DNA of 64,000 nt from Mayamaea pseudoterrestris. Taxonomy: Eukaryota. The DNA lies in NCBI GenBank assembly GCA_027923505.1, contig BROI01000011.1:682001-746000 (forward strand). The letters are read 5' to 3'. The first letter of the stretch is position 1. Every line of letters begins with the position of its first letter. Position numbers and translations under genes: made by a program. This document shows, one piece after another, positions 22,401-32,610 of this stretch. A model generated the notes under the pieces. The model was not told where the DNA came from, searched no databases, and saw only the letters and a program-made list of their open reading frames with translations.

Positions 22401-23447
22401 AAGCTCATCAGACCACACATCCAAAGTGTTTTGATCTAAACCCCCCTCGCCCCAAGCAAGATCGTCCTGTCGTATCGACTGTAATCGCGCCAGCAAAAGC
22501 TCGCGTACGCGTAACGACAGGGCAATCAACAGGTCTTCAGGCTTCTCCTCACCAATAGTCTCATGCTCATGGAGACCAAGGATTGATATTCCCCACGCCG
22601 CTCGAGACGCGTCTCGTATAGACAATCCTCCAGTCGCCTTTACCTCTTCTGTGTCCAATATTTCTTCAATGCAGTCTGGTTTAACATTGTGATCCAAATT
22701 CTGCATCGTGAATTCTTCCGTCCTTTGTTTAACATTTATCCCGCACAAAACACACTCAATCAGCTGTTCGAGACGACGATCCTTGGCCATCTGAGCGGAA
22801 ATTGGAACAAATTGTTGCGACGGATCCAAGGCTTTCCTTCGGTCGTCGTAAAGCTCACAGACATGGCCAAGTACACCGAGCAAGCAGGCCGCGATGCCTG
22901 GATCAATATCAGTGCGGGCCGCTTGTATTCGCAACGCGATATCAGGACTGTGCTTTATCGCAGGTATCTTTGGCGCTAGGTAGTGAAGTAGCTTCCTGGG
23001 GTCCTGTAGCTTCTTGTAGTCGTCGTTGTTGTGATCATCCAGCTTTTGAATGTACTCGCTCGTGCGCTGCATAATGAGATCCCGAAGCCCTGCAGATTTA
23101 TCACCTAACGACTTGTCCAGTAGATTGTTGATTAAATCAGACGCGTGTCGTCGACTATTTGACCGGCTCGGTGACGACTTTATAGCAGCTACATCAGTCG
23201 CTTCGACCGACGGCAGCTCGATGAGAGTCTCGTTGCTTTCAATAGATTCTCTTATACTACTGCCGTACTCTTCAGAATCAGCACTGGAAGAAGAGCCACC
23301 TCTTAAAGTAACAGTGAAGAGCATGCGTCGATGCCAAGACTTGCTTTCAGCTACAAGCATTTGAAAAGATGCTGGTGTAAGTGCGACCAGCAGCGAGAGG
23401 ATCTGCGTCGACGAAGCATATCTCCGTCGCCTTTGCTTAACTCCCAT
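19488..23447 (-). CDS. 1319-aa protein with dispersed OPR/FASTK-like helical repeats and a signal-like N-terminus
   Basis: Uninterrupted ORF; recurring units LSPNELTDVLWAIA, FSNHDLCSIAWTVT, LPMGDLSNFAWAVA, CHPPELSRLIWALV, YGTEDVARIAWGYL, LAPPESAKLLWSLGELG. Confidence 0.7.
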   Translation of the reverse strand: MGVKQRRRRYASSTQILSLLVALTPASFQMLVAESKSWHRRMLFTVTLRGGSSSSADSEEYGSSIRESIESNETLIELPSVEATDVAAIKSSPSRSNSRRHASDLINNLLDKSLGDKSAGLRDLIMQRTSEYIQKLDDHNNDDYKKLQDPRKLLHYLAPKIPAIKHSPDIALRIQAARTDIDPGIAACLLGVLGHVCELYDDRRKALDPSQQFVPISAQMAKDRRLEQLIECVLCGINVKQRTEEFTMQNLDHNVKPDCIEEILDTEEVKATGGLSIRDASRAAWGISILGLHEHETIGEEKPEDLLIALSLRVRELLLARLQSIRQDDLAWGEGGLDQNTLDVWSDELARDAASTAWAFACVRAYTGIRFAPLFEVCCSILCQDPYDLRRRAQDVEAAIHMGNIGTNDAVERLARSEAAETQEDVNSQAVFRSDSENSDNKHSLIDWLSPNELTDVLWAIALHGRSDYMNQDEMALSETTTAFREVAFDRLLVWLKAELDVVRTSLDQGEQILLEDHNNLEDSHTVSEELTSVELVDAASLLQSERDALEATMLAETVLSSSNPSQEVVVMDSTSGSTSCASIDYPKALERQLSLTRSEYVIESHSKSDSRVFSNHDLCSIAWTVTELQDPVRDTVVETIVETFAHLGAESLRQLPMGDLSNFAWAVAKSVDENPSTTGEQVVSMCSAMAEAVLNAAHYSTYDNNAVPFELSATCHPPELSRLIWALVTIRTKASRACEAPIEPLQSLARVALLTAANNLQMYGTEDVARIAWGYLELVNNDSETDFDANEAIGKALATIDMALQQWESCSDMPATVDGLSQQSAKQPLNFKSFFGKPNAMLLDNQRLEQESVIDGDAHSIITRKPRPLLKDLPVDPSTLCKFLCSLTKFASNNIWICGGDSLMRVVLRLLSSKNGRLLRECPLFDLARLCGAVAGTTGRATIGRERIAHFVRRVAQYLNEFKCDDDKLLAPPESAKLLWSLGELGVKYNAQMSDFQAAHRRLELVSSMTFLMTSQFDELTDRRLAKLLRGVVTTKLLIAKPSYAITVIHHITRRLQSGYSVAIICDLTETIALVNEAISDELESDRVAATNNISNETNSGETEKTTLPDQSVILSELCASTEMLMAELAKVTITLLNTMTVVELRRLLTVYALSPIKVDEVVNKINDVVTTRRKILKDTLQGGVELNECIANVTYQAQQIQKSIKVNAETGTGAFSGKLKSIFGLSQTREVDMDNDRFLQIIANICDVPVKTEAASGICPLKTTNRIYQATFFELGRCSELIDQYHRIDFASGQLRSRLDKEFQSDLAKRLLSRALP

Positions 23448-23834
23448 ATCATCAAGACATCAGTGCCCTATTACTTATATGTATTCAATCACCAAGCATA
23501 TGATTCGCAGCAACTTCGCTAAGTATGGTGATATGCTGGTGATGGATGAGGCGCGTTTGTTGTCGGGTTGATCGATCGTTCGTCATGTCGCAAATGACTC
23601 TTTTCAGTCCCGCTCTTGATTGAGCCATCGAAAGGATGCCGCAACACTTTCTATTGACATGCCTCTTATCGAAGCTAAAACAATGTAACATAATGCAAAC
23701 GAACAAAGTATTTTTAGTACAAGATTACTAACATTCAAAAGCCATATTACGGCGTACAAACCATTAGGCGTGCATCATTGTCATCCTCCACGCCAACCCA
23801 GGCGACACACCCAATCCCAGTGTCGTTCGTTCAT

Positions 23835-24533
23835 CTACGGAGGCGTCAAAGTCGCTCCAGAGATAAAGTCGGTCAAATTTTTCTCTAGCGTCTTCATCAT
23901 TCCGTCAGTCGTTCGTGGACGCAGTTGAACAATCCCGTGCAACACCTCCTCCATGCCAACATGGGCAACCTGTAAGCGGCATCGTTCGTCAACAGGGATC
24001 ACTTTTAAGTTGCTCATTGACCGCGCAGGATGACGTCCTACATCATTCAATACAGTTGTGTATGTTTGCGTCAACGTCATGCTGAGTCCAAGTTCGTAGC
24101 GAAGAGTACGCTTGGCTGGCTTACGAGGCAATGGAATGCAGCGCTCGAACTCGTAGGCCTGGACACTTTCATTGAATCGCACATTCTTTTGTTGCAGCAA
24201 TAATGCGCCATTTTGTGTCGTCGGCTTGAGACTGAGGAGCTGTAGAGCTGCATTGATGTCTTCATCATCGTAGTCGTCGCCGTTCTTGCAGGCAGCTTGA
24301 TTTTTGTCGCTTCCAACAGTCAATGATGCGGTTTCGACATTCTCTTTGTCGCCGACCCGATAAGATAATTGGATATAAACAATAGGTTTGTCGCCAGGTA
24401 CATCAGTCCGCTGATTTAGGGTCGAGGGCGTGCCATTGATGGGCCGGAGCTTGATGCTCGTCAAAAGTAGATGAGCAGCGGCAGAGTCTTCCTCGGTGCA
24501 ATTTTGGCGCGTCGAGTCACGAAGCAAAATCAT
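23835..24533 (-). CDS. Hypothetical protein, 232 aa
   Basis: ATG-initiated ORF filling the gap between neighbours; carries KNVRF (RVxF-like) and two similar AAxxLLxxLKxxP segments. No family recognised. Confidence 0.5.
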   Translation of the reverse strand: MILLRDSTRQNCTEEDSAAAHLLLTSIKLRPINGTPSTLNQRTDVPGDKPIVYIQLSYRVGDKENVETASLTVGSDKNQAACKNGDDYDDEDINAALQLLSLKPTTQNGALLLQQKNVRFNESVQAYEFERCIPLPRKPAKRTLRYELGLSMTLTQTYTTVLNDVGRHPARSMSNLKVIPVDERCRLQVAHVGMEEVLHGIVQLRPRTTDGMMKTLEKNLTDFISGATLTPP

Positions 24534-24823
24534 GACGATGTAGATATTGCCAACAATTAGTGTAGTGAATGAATCTTGCGTAGAGACAAGCAGAGCACGT
24601 CGAGGCTGGCAAGCAATCGCAAGTTGTCGTGTGGTCGATGCTGTCGAAGTTCTGTCCGAAATTCAGCGAGCGTGTCGTTGGTCGAGTATTCACTGACGCT
24701 TGCTCAACAAAGTTGACATCGCACCACGACTCAAAATTCTGTGGCGAAAGGATTCGACATCGCCTCTGCAAACTTTCAACTCATCATCGTATATGACTGA
24801 ATGGACATTGCGCAATCGCAATT

Positions 24824-26509
24824 ATGCTACGTCAAGCGCTTGACGCTGCAAATGATGTACAATCCACAGAATCTTCTTTGCTAGAGCAAGACCGCGACAG
24901 TGGATCCTACGGCGCGACGTCCGTGTCCAATCCAGACGATGACCAGACCAACGAGAATGATTCCAATATAGACGAAGACAATGAAGACGACGAGAATGAT
25001 TCCTATGAAGACGATGATTATGAAGAAATGAAGCCACCAACGCTATTGCAAACCATGTGGTATCGCATCAAGAGCTGCTTCTTGGTGGTGGCCAATGTTG
25101 AGAATCTTTGGGACGATCCCCCGGACCCACAGAATCGCCGCTTGAGTCAATTGATTGTTCTCTTCTGGTTCGTCGTCTTGGCCTGTAGCTATGCAACGGA
25201 GAGAACTACCTTTAAGCTTTTAGTCGATCGTGCCGGATGCTTTCGACTCTTCGCTGTAATGATGGTTTGCGCCGTTCATGCGCTGCTCTTGGGAATGTTT
25301 ATGCTGATTTCTTCCTGCTTCAAACAAGGTCAGGAATCGTCCAAGATTAAGTTGGGCATTTCAGTAGTTGATGTGGGTCTCATGAGTTTGCTCGACACCG
25401 TGGCGTTGATTTTGATGTTTCTGAGTGGCTTCCATGTTCCGCCGTCACTCACTGTAATTTTGGTGCAATTTACGCTGCCGTTGACTGCCTTTTTGACGCA
25501 GTTTGTGCATCCAGATGGAAAATGGACTTGTGCTCCATCGTCAGCTACTACAGCCAGTGATACAGTGGAACAGAATGAACGTTCACCCGGGCATCTGACT
25601 GCAGTACCGAACGAAGCGTTAGTCGCGTCGCCGTCGGCACTTTTTCGCGGCTACGGTAATTACGAGGCAGACAACGACGGCCAGCATCTTCTTGCGCATG
25701 GTATAGAGGCTGAAGGAGAGCCGATGCAACACATGGGTGGTTTGTCACGTACTCATGTTTGGGGCGCAGTTATTATCACATCTGCTGTGCTGTTGTCGTT
25801 GGTGCCCGCAGTCTATTCTATTATCGATCCATCTGTGTTTCTATACGCCGACCCAATTCCTTTACGAACCGCTATTAACACTATGGTGTATGTTTCAAGC
25901 TGTGTGCCTGCTGCCGCGTCACAATTGTATAAGGAGCACGCATTCCTGCAGTACCGGCAACCTGTTAACATGAACTACCTCAACCTCTTGCTATCGACAT
26001 TTCAATTCATTTTCGCGGCGATTGTGGCGCCTCTAGTTTTTGGATTGCAAGGCCTTGGCTCTCGAGGAGGAACAAGTTTGTATCCGGGAAGCGAGTTCCA
26101 ACAAAACATGATGGATGGGTTGAAATGTTTCTTTTGGACTTTGAGTGACAAGGACCAGGAGTCAAAGTACGCAGAGGGGTCGTACTGTGATTTCTGTCTC
26201 GGGCTGACAATTATTTATGCGCTGTCCATCATTTGCCTCGGAGTCGCGGTGGATAAAATTGTAAATGCAGGAGCTACCAAGGTCATGTATCGCGGCATGA
26301 GTGCTGGAATTGTTCTTGCTGCGGTGACGATGCATGCTTACGACCTTCACATTATAGATTTCAACTATGGACCGCTAGTGGATGGACTGAACCTCATATC
26401 AGTCATTCTATTGATTTTGGGATCGGAAATCTACCATCGCGTGCCACTAAAGGAGTCGACATTTGAAACTGAATATCCTGCTGTCCACTTCGAGTATGAC
26501 GATGGCTAG
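24824..26509 (+). CDS. CRT-like (chloroquine resistance transporter-like, DMT superfamily) membrane transporter
   Basis: About 10 hydrophobic segments; LLDTVALILMFLSG..VPPSLTVILVQFTLPLT, SSCVPAAASQLYKEHAF, YLNLLLSTFQFIF, DGLKCF match recalled CRT/CLT patterns. Confidence 0.8.
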   Translation: MLRQALDAANDVQSTESSLLEQDRDSGSYGATSVSNPDDDQTNENDSNIDEDNEDDENDSYEDDDYEEMKPPTLLQTMWYRIKSCFLVVANVENLWDDPPDPQNRRLSQLIVLFWFVVLACSYATERTTFKLLVDRAGCFRLFAVMMVCAVHALLLGMFMLISSCFKQGQESSKIKLGISVVDVGLMSLLDTVALILMFLSGFHVPPSLTVILVQFTLPLTAFLTQFVHPDGKWTCAPSSATTASDTVEQNERSPGHLTAVPNEALVASPSALFRGYGNYEADNDGQHLLAHGIEAEGEPMQHMGGLSRTHVWGAVIITSAVLLSLVPAVYSIIDPSVFLYADPIPLRTAINTMVYVSSCVPAAASQLYKEHAFLQYRQPVNMNYLNLLLSTFQFIFAAIVAPLVFGLQGLGSRGGTSLYPGSEFQQNMMDGLKCFFWTLSDKDQESKYAEGSYCDFCLGLTIIYALSIICLGVAVDKIVNAGATKVMYRGMSAGIVLAAVTMHAYDLHIIDFNYGPLVDGLNLISVILLILGSEIYHRVPLKESTFETEYPAVHFEYDDG

Positions 26510-26552
26510 AAAATAGTAGTATCACTCACGGTTAATATGAGATATTTATACG

Positions 26553-29500
26553 TCATTCGTCTTTATGTTGTGTTGTCTCATTGTTTGTAAAAAGCCGAGG
26601 GGGGTCAGAGTCGTGTATCCCAGAATCTGCATCTTCCAAAACCTCGTCAGAGGGGCAGCTATCAAGTTGTGGCAGGTCGAGGCTTGAAAAGCCATCATTC
26701 GTTATGTCAGTGCCTACCTTCGTCGGCATATCACTGGCAACAACATCTGTGATCACGAATATAGCTTCGTCAGTACCTTGGCCGGCTGGAGCAGGCTGAT
26801 CGGAAGGTGACGACACGGATTCTGTGCTCTCCGCGTCAGCGTCGGCTAAATCTAATACTTCAGCGCTGTCATGAGGCTGGAAAATTTCGTCCAGCTCCCT
26901 TTTTTCCAGCACTTGATCAGGCGTAGCAGCAACGAAAGCTCCAAACTCATCATCTGTTGCGCCATCGCTCGCTCCAGCAAAGGCATCGTCAAAATTAGCG
27001 AAGTCAAAGTCGGCAGTAGGAGCACTTACGCTCGGTTGGCCGTAGCAAAAGTTTCCAGCAAACAAATCCATAACTGGTGCCCCAGTATCATCCTCATCTT
27101 GACTTTCTTCTTCATCTTCTTCCGCGGAGGACGACGACTTTGAGGAAGATGATGATGCGTCGCATTCGTCGAGTTTCTTTTTCGCGGCATTTGAGCTTGC
27201 AAGCTCAGATCTTAATTTTGTCAACTTTCCCAACTCAATGCCAAGACCAGTAGTGTCCTTGCCAAGAGGATCATCAAACAGATACCCGCCCGAATTGTTC
27301 GTTTCGCCAGAGTTGTAAGAGCGATTTGAATCGCCGGACCCCGAGAATTCGTCATCGTCTACCAAACTGTGGCCTCGCCCCATATGAAGGTCGGCCATCA
27401 TATTTGCAGCAATGTCAAGATCATTATCATCCATATCAAGCTCTCCAAATCGACGCGCTGGCAGCGCGGGTTGTCCATCGTAGCCCATAGGTGCGTCACC
27501 ATCATCGGCGAGACCAGGGCGCCGTGGCTTGCCTCCCGGAGTGCTGTATCCACCAAGCGGAGTCGACTGAATTGTTGTTTCTGACGCTAGTACAGTGTTG
27601 ACGAACTCATCCCAACGATCCGACAATGGGTGGTATCTAACCATTTCCGCAAGAAACAACGGCTCTTTTTCCACTGAATCTTCATCGCCTCGTGAAGCCG
27701 ACAAACTATCATTTGTATTCCGGCTCATGACGGAGCTATTCGAACGTTTAATTACGGCGAGCCGATCCGTAGAACGCACCGATCTCGTACCGTCTTCACT
27801 CTGTCTAGTCTGATCATCGTCATCAGCGAAAGTCTGCGCACATGCGTGAACTAAAGCTTGACAGATGATTATGACATGTCCCATGTAGCCGTAGCGGAAT
27901 GCTTGTGCTGGACATGCGGCTCCAACTGACGAGCCACCACGTGATTCGAAATGCACAGCTTCGGTCGAAAGCTGAGAAACATTTTCATCATGCGCAGGGT
28001 CGTCAACTACAGCTTTATCATCTTCTTTGTTTTCGTCCTGTTCAATTGCGGCGTCGACGTCATCCTCGGAGATGGGCAGTGGATCATTGTCACAACTGTC
28101 TTGCCCGGTTCCATTGCTTGAGCTTGTCAAATTGTTCATATGCAAGACAACATCTGACGACGGTGCTGCTGATCGTGGTGTGGCATGTACAACCTCTTGA
28201 AAAGAGTCCATAAGACGTACCAGTATGTTACATCGAATAAGGAAGTATTCCTGCATGTCTACTCGAGCATTACCGCCTTCAAATACATGAACCAACAGGT
28301 TGGCGACGGACTGGTGTAACATGGAACACCACTGAAACTCCCAGAAAAAGTCAAGACATATTTCCAAACAATCCGATTGAACAAGCTTAAAGTCGACGTC
28401 CGGATCACCAAGCAATACGAGCGCTTCCAATATTCGAACAATCCGCAACCGTGAACACCCAAGCATCGGAAGGGGTTCTTTGCTAAATTGCGTACAGCTC
28501 TTCCACTCAACAGTTGATGGATGCGTCAGAAGCTCCGACAAGTTTTCCAACAGATATGGAAGAAGGTCAATCAAGGTTAGTAGATTAGAAATCAATGCTT
28601 CGCCATTATCGTGTCCACCCACTTGCGACTCGCAGATTGTCGTGTCCTCGTCCTTCGTAGTATCAGCTTTCCTTCCGTCTTCCCCCGGTCGACTTGTTTC
28701 TTCCACGAGTGACATTATCCCGACAGCGCCATATCCGCCAAGCTGCAATATAAGACTCTCTAGCACGCTCATTACCGATGTCATCAACGACTCTCGACAA
28801 GAAAAGATGTGTTGTTGCGGTCGACAGGTCGTAGCCCCGAGTATCAAGCGTTCTAAAACAGGAGTTGATGTCATTCGTAGCATTTGTGGCGATGACAGCA
28901 ACGAGTTTTGCACTATCATAATGAGTACCTCGGATGCGTTCAAAGACAGTTCTAATCGTTGCTCTTGGCTCGCTTCAGACAAAGCAGTATCACATTCCAT
29001 CTCTTTGTCGTCGCCTCCGTCGGGCAGCGGTATTGGCTCTCCCACTAACGATTCGAGCAAAATATTCAAAGCATGCTCCGAAGACGCCCACTCGCATTTT
29101 ATTTCGGAGCCAGGTTCAAGTACATCATCCTCTCCATCCTCGGCGGGCGTTAACAATGCTTCATCATTGTCAGACGCAGCAGCCGCCGGCAACACTGCAT
29201 GCTCCTCACTAGCGCTTGCCTCAGACACAATTCTTTTTGGCGTTGGCTTATGAGGCGTCAATAGTCGCTGCGCAATCTGCATTATGGAATGACAGTACAA
29301 ATGTTGCAAAAGAGCGGGAATTAGTTGCTCCTTGTTATCGCGCAAATATTCTGTGAGCGTGACGGGTCGCCGTTTGAACAAGACTCGCAGCAGCTTTTCA
29401 AAATACCCAGCGCGATAGTCATCCAATGCTCCGACAGGAGTTTCTGTGAGTAAGCTAAACAGAATATCGAGCAATCGAGTGGGAAGTCCATCGGCCATAG

Positions 29501-30047
29501 ACGTATTAAAGCCATTATTCTCGATCTTGTTTTGAACGCGGCCATCAACCAGCAAATTGATAATTCCGTCAATTTCGCAGCAGAAAATCTCGCACGCCAT
29601 GAATGGATATCGAATATGCAGCATTTCGGGATCGTCAGTCTTGCCCTTTTCTTGTAGCCATTCTGATGGGTCCTTGGAAGTTAAAATTGTTGCTGTTGTC
29701 GTTGCTCCATTCGCATCTGCACCGTTGCTCTCATCATCAGACTTTGCTGCTGCTGCTGCTGCTGCTTCTTCTTCCGTTGCAACAGCCGTCCTTCCACCCA
29801 TTCCCATTGATATTGGCTTTGGATCAATAACGTAATGAATAAGTTGCGTGACTGCTTGCTCGGTACTCAAGAATTCAATCAATTTTGGATGTAAACCTCG
29901 AAGCTCTTGCAAAAGCTCATCCTCGGCAAGCAATTGCTCAAGCGTATAGTCTCCACTGTCGAGAAGATCCTTGAGAGGACTTTCAAATGAAAAGGCTCCG
30001 GTATTCCATATATCTCCAGAAAGGAGGCCTCCAGTAAATAAGGACAT
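26553..30047 (-). CDS. SAPS-domain protein (PP6/SIT4 regulatory subunit)
   Basis: FSFESPLKDLLD..YTLEQLLAEDELLQE..KLIEFL, RYPFMACEIFCCE, RAGYFEKL, LGCSRLRIV, LDFFWEFQWCSMLHQSV, RYGYMGHV; acidic tail. Likely start MSLFTGG at 30047. Confidence 0.92.
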   Translation of the reverse strand: MSLFTGGLLSGDIWNTGAFSFESPLKDLLDSGDYTLEQLLAEDELLQELRGLHPKLIEFLSTEQAVTQLIHYVIDPKPISMGMGGRTAVATEEEAAAAAAAKSDDESNGADANGATTTATILTSKDPSEWLQEKGKTDDPEMLHIRYPFMACEIFCCEIDGIINLLVDGRVQNKIENNGFNTSMADGLPTRLLDILFSLLTETPVGALDDYRAGYFEKLLRVLFKRRPVTLTEYLRDNKEQLIPALLQHLYCHSIMQIAQRLLTPHKPTPKRIVSEASASEEHAVLPAAAASDNDEALLTPAEDGEDDVLEPGSEIKCEWASSEHALNILLESLVGEPIPLPDGGDDKEMECDTALSEASQEQRLELSLNASEVLIMIVQNSLLSSPQMLRMTSTPVLERLILGATTCRPQQHIFSCRESLMTSVMSVLESLILQLGGYGAVGIMSLVEETSRPGEDGRKADTTKDEDTTICESQVGGHDNGEALISNLLTLIDLLPYLLENLSELLTHPSTVEWKSCTQFSKEPLPMLGCSRLRIVRILEALVLLGDPDVDFKLVQSDCLEICLDFFWEFQWCSMLHQSVANLLVHVFEGGNARVDMQEYFLIRCNILVRLMDSFQEVVHATPRSAAPSSDVVLHMNNLTSSSNGTGQDSCDNDPLPISEDDVDAAIEQDENKEDDKAVVDDPAHDENVSQLSTEAVHFESRGGSSVGAACPAQAFRYGYMGHVIIICQALVHACAQTFADDDDQTRQSEDGTRSVRSTDRLAVIKRSNSSVMSRNTNDSLSASRGDEDSVEKEPLFLAEMVRYHPLSDRWDEFVNTVLASETTIQSTPLGGYSTPGGKPRRPGLADDGDAPMGYDGQPALPARRFGELDMDDNDLDIAANMMADLHMGRGHSLVDDDEFSGSGDSNRSYNSGETNNSGGYLFDDPLGKDTTGLGIELGKLTKLRSELASSNAAKKKLDECDASSSSSKSSSSAEEDEEESQDEDDTGAPVMDLFAGNFCYGQPSVSAPTADFDFANFDDAFAGASDGATDDEFGAFVAATPDQVLEKRELDEIFQPHDSAEVLDLADADAESTESVSSPSDQPAPAGQGTDEAIFVITDVVASDMPTKVGTDITNDGFSSLDLPQLDSCPSDEVLEDADSGIHDSDPPRLFTNNETTQHKDE

Positions 30048-30355
30048 GCTACGAACTTGATTTGTATTCCAAATGTAAATTGCGGTGCGCAGGTAATGCT
30101 CGACGAAGCGAAAAACAGACGCGACTATACGCGGCAACGGTGCTTCCGAAGCTCTTCAATGGCAGTTGATCTATCACTCGACTCAACCCTTAGGAAAGTC
30201 TGTCAATTTGACTTGTTATGTAACAGTTTGAGGTGCGACGTTCTGCTCTCAACGACATCACCATGGTCGATGAGCTTCGCCGCCGCCGCACGTCGCGAAC
30301 GCGATGACCTATCAAGGTTCGGGTTAAATGGGTGCTGACGTCATTGCTTACGTCT

Positions 30356-30540
30356 TCATGACGGAGTTTTCACTGGCACTCGTTTCATACTATTGCCTCA
30401 TGACGCAGTTTTCACTGGCACTCGTTTCGTGATATTGCCTTGTGACGCAGTTTTCACTGGCACTCGTTTCATACTATTGTCGTATGACGCAGTTTTCACT
30501 GGCACTCGTTTCGTACTATTGCCTCATGACGTAGTTTTCT
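30356..30540. repeat. Minisatellite family B, locus 2 (4+ x 42 bp)
   Basis: cactggcactcgtttc(a/g)tactattgcctcatgacgcagtttt; units at 30371, 30413, 30455, 30497. Confidence 0.95.
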
Positions 30541-30694
30541 CAATGACGGACAGGGACGGACGCTGGGAACCGAGACGAAACCGAAGCGTCACAAAACGAC
30601 CGGAAGGAGGCTCCGTCTTCCCAACTGCTGCTGGTGTACTTGTTTCTTTAAACCTATTCTCATTATTTTCGACAAAGCAATCAGAGAAAGAAGA

Positions 30695-31216
30695 ATGAGA
30701 TCCGCTATATTGTTTCAAAAATCTGTATTGTCACGAGCATACGGCATGACTCGATTTGCGCCAACAGCAACTGCAGTAACAGTTCGACCACCAGCACCAC
30801 GACCGACACGGACTGACTCATTTTCGTCATCGGCTGCCACGGCACCTTCACCGCCCCGACGACGACGAATTGTCGAAGACAAGGACCCTATTGTTGTAAC
30901 GCCTCGCGCCCAGGATCGATTACAGGAGCTGTTGAAAAATAAACCAGACGCAATTGGCATTCGACTGGGCGTTCGACGACGAGGCTGCAATGGCTTGAGT
31001 TATACGTTAAACTATGCCGAGCAAGGCGATGATCACTCCAAAAATATTTCGCTACAAACTGAAAAGGGAATCAAAGTATGGATAGAGCCAATGGCTCTCT
31101 TTAGCATTGTTGGAACAACTATGGATTGGGAGGAGACGGAACTTTCGTCCGAGTTTACCTTTAACAATCCGAATTCTAAAGGGAGCTGCGGGTGTGGAGA
31201 ATCTTTTAATGTATAA
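30695..31216 (+). CDS. ISCA1: Mitochondrial A-type Fe-S cluster assembly protein (IscA/Isa1)
   Basis: GIRLGVRRRGCNGLSYTLNY, IVGTTMDW, SEFTFNNPNSKGSCGCGESFNV; Arg/Thr-rich presequence. Confidence 0.95.
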   Translation: MRSAILFQKSVLSRAYGMTRFAPTATAVTVRPPAPRPTRTDSFSSSAATAPSPPRRRRIVEDKDPIVVTPRAQDRLQELLKNKPDAIGIRLGVRRRGCNGLSYTLNYAEQGDDHSKNISLQTEKGIKVWIEPMALFSIVGTTMDWEETELSSEFTFNNPNSKGSCGCGESFNV

Positions 31217-31468
31217 AGACTGATCGATAATCCCTTTTTGTTTGTTAGTGACGTCTTGACATATTGATGCTGCAGAAGCTCAACGACTTTGGCCACGTGT
31301 CGATGTTGACGCACGCTCTTGAGAGCGCTATATAGCAAGCAATTCATCAGATAAGTACAGTATAACCTTGTTCATGTACATAGCTATGGAATATTAAACG
31401 AGAAGAAAGCCAATCGTATGGGTGACTCAATTTTTGTGCATAATTCCATGAGCAGTACAGTAATGCTT

Positions 31469-31993
31469 TCAAAACTCTTTCGCATCGTTACTTTGCAGCT
31501 CGGCTACTTTGTCGACATTACCTCCCTCCGCACTTGCATCATGTGTTCCATTGACAGTGACATTAACAAGCATGGTATTTAGAAGCTCGACTTGTTGTTC
31601 GTTCGACGCCGTGAGAATGTAAATCCAGACCAACAAGCACAAGCCCATTGCTGGAGCCACTCCTAGCCAAAGAAGCTTCCAAATACCTCCGAACTGATCG
31701 CTATCAGTCTTGACACCAAGGTACAAGTAAACATATGTGACTGGAATAAAGAATAGGCAGTTCAAGCAATGCATCAAGACGGAAGCGCCAATGAACTTTT
31801 GCACGCCCAGAAAGATGCCCAGTGCTGCCCCAATCACTGCGCGCATCCAAAAGATGACATTGGGTAGTTCCTCAAACGTTTCTTCGGTTGGTTTTGAATC
31901 AACAGCCATCATTTTCTGCAGAAGAATTGACAATGAGCTCGTCTTCTTGCCGTCGTCAATATCGGCTTTCGTTGTTCGTGTTCGTGAAGGCAT
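31469..31993 (-). CDS. Rab5-interacting/EMC6-like (RAB5IF family) small ER membrane protein
   Basis: ELPNVIFWMRAVIGAALGIFLG, YVYLYLGVKTDSDQFGGIWKLLWLG, LCLLVWIYILT: three-TM pattern of this family. Confidence 0.75.
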   Translation of the reverse strand: MPSRTRTTKADIDDGKKTSSLSILLQKMMAVDSKPTEETFEELPNVIFWMRAVIGAALGIFLGVQKFIGASVLMHCLNCLFFIPVTYVYLYLGVKTDSDQFGGIWKLLWLGVAPAMGLCLLVWIYILTASNEQQVELLNTMLVNVTVNGTHDASAEGGNVDKVAELQSNDAKEF

Positions 31994-32550
31994 GTTTGAT
32001 GTACGGCTTGCTTGTGGGTAACAACAGGACGATTATTAAAAAGCTTTATTACTAGGCTTGCCCTTCATTAATTGTAGCTTTCGGGCCTCATGTAAGCGAC
32101 GAGGGCTACCGGTATGATAGACGACAGACGACCCGATGGCGAAGGCTCATCGCGATGGTCGATCGATCCCGAATGAAAAAGTCGTAACGGTTTACAATTG
32201 GGTTATGAGTGCCGCTTCGTCGGAAAAAGTGAACTCTCGCTGCAAAAAATGAACTCTCGCGGCCGCAGGCCGCGGTGCGTCGCGCCCAATCGTCGCGAAA
32301 CTTCGCTAGTCGTGCAAGCAAAAATACTGGATTTTTAACTGTTCCAAGCCATCCATGCCCAAAAATTTGGCTGCGCAGCGCCTCGAGCGAAAGGGAGTAA
32401 AGAAGGCATGATGTTGCTACGATGCGCCCGAGGATGATAAAGAGTTAATGTTGCAATGAAATACTCATTAAAAAAACAATCACTTTAATATGCCATATGC
32501 CTCATTGCCTGTGTAAAGTACAGCAGTGTGTGCTAAGAATTGCACCATCG

Positions 32551-32600
32551 ACCGTCAACCGTCGACAAGTCAAAAGTCAACAGTCAACAGTCAACGAACA
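32551..32600. repeat. Short heptamer tandem repeat (consensus cagtcaa)
   Basis: accgtcaaccgtcgacaagtcaaaagtcaacagtcaacagtcaacgaaca, directly before the ~168-bp array. Confidence 0.6.
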
Positions 32601-32610
32601 ACAACTTAGC

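Noticed and set aside
28480..29253. Long antisense ORFs (257 aa here; also 48238-49014, 37563-38345 and 57001-57597)
   Set aside because: They overlap well-supported genes on the opposite strand and show no recognisable motifs.
30356..30540. 42-bp arrays (also 15.8, 17.7 and 55.8 kb) as CRISPR-like repeat-spacer arrays
   Set aside because: Whole units repeat head-to-tail with no unique spacers, no cas-like genes are present, and the context is eukaryotic.
30393..30698. ORF with DAVFTGTRF repeats (and the similar 17643-18008, 15615-15899 and 55647-55877 ORFs)
   Set aside because: A 42-bp unit is a multiple of three, so open frames arise trivially; no ATG context or coding signal.
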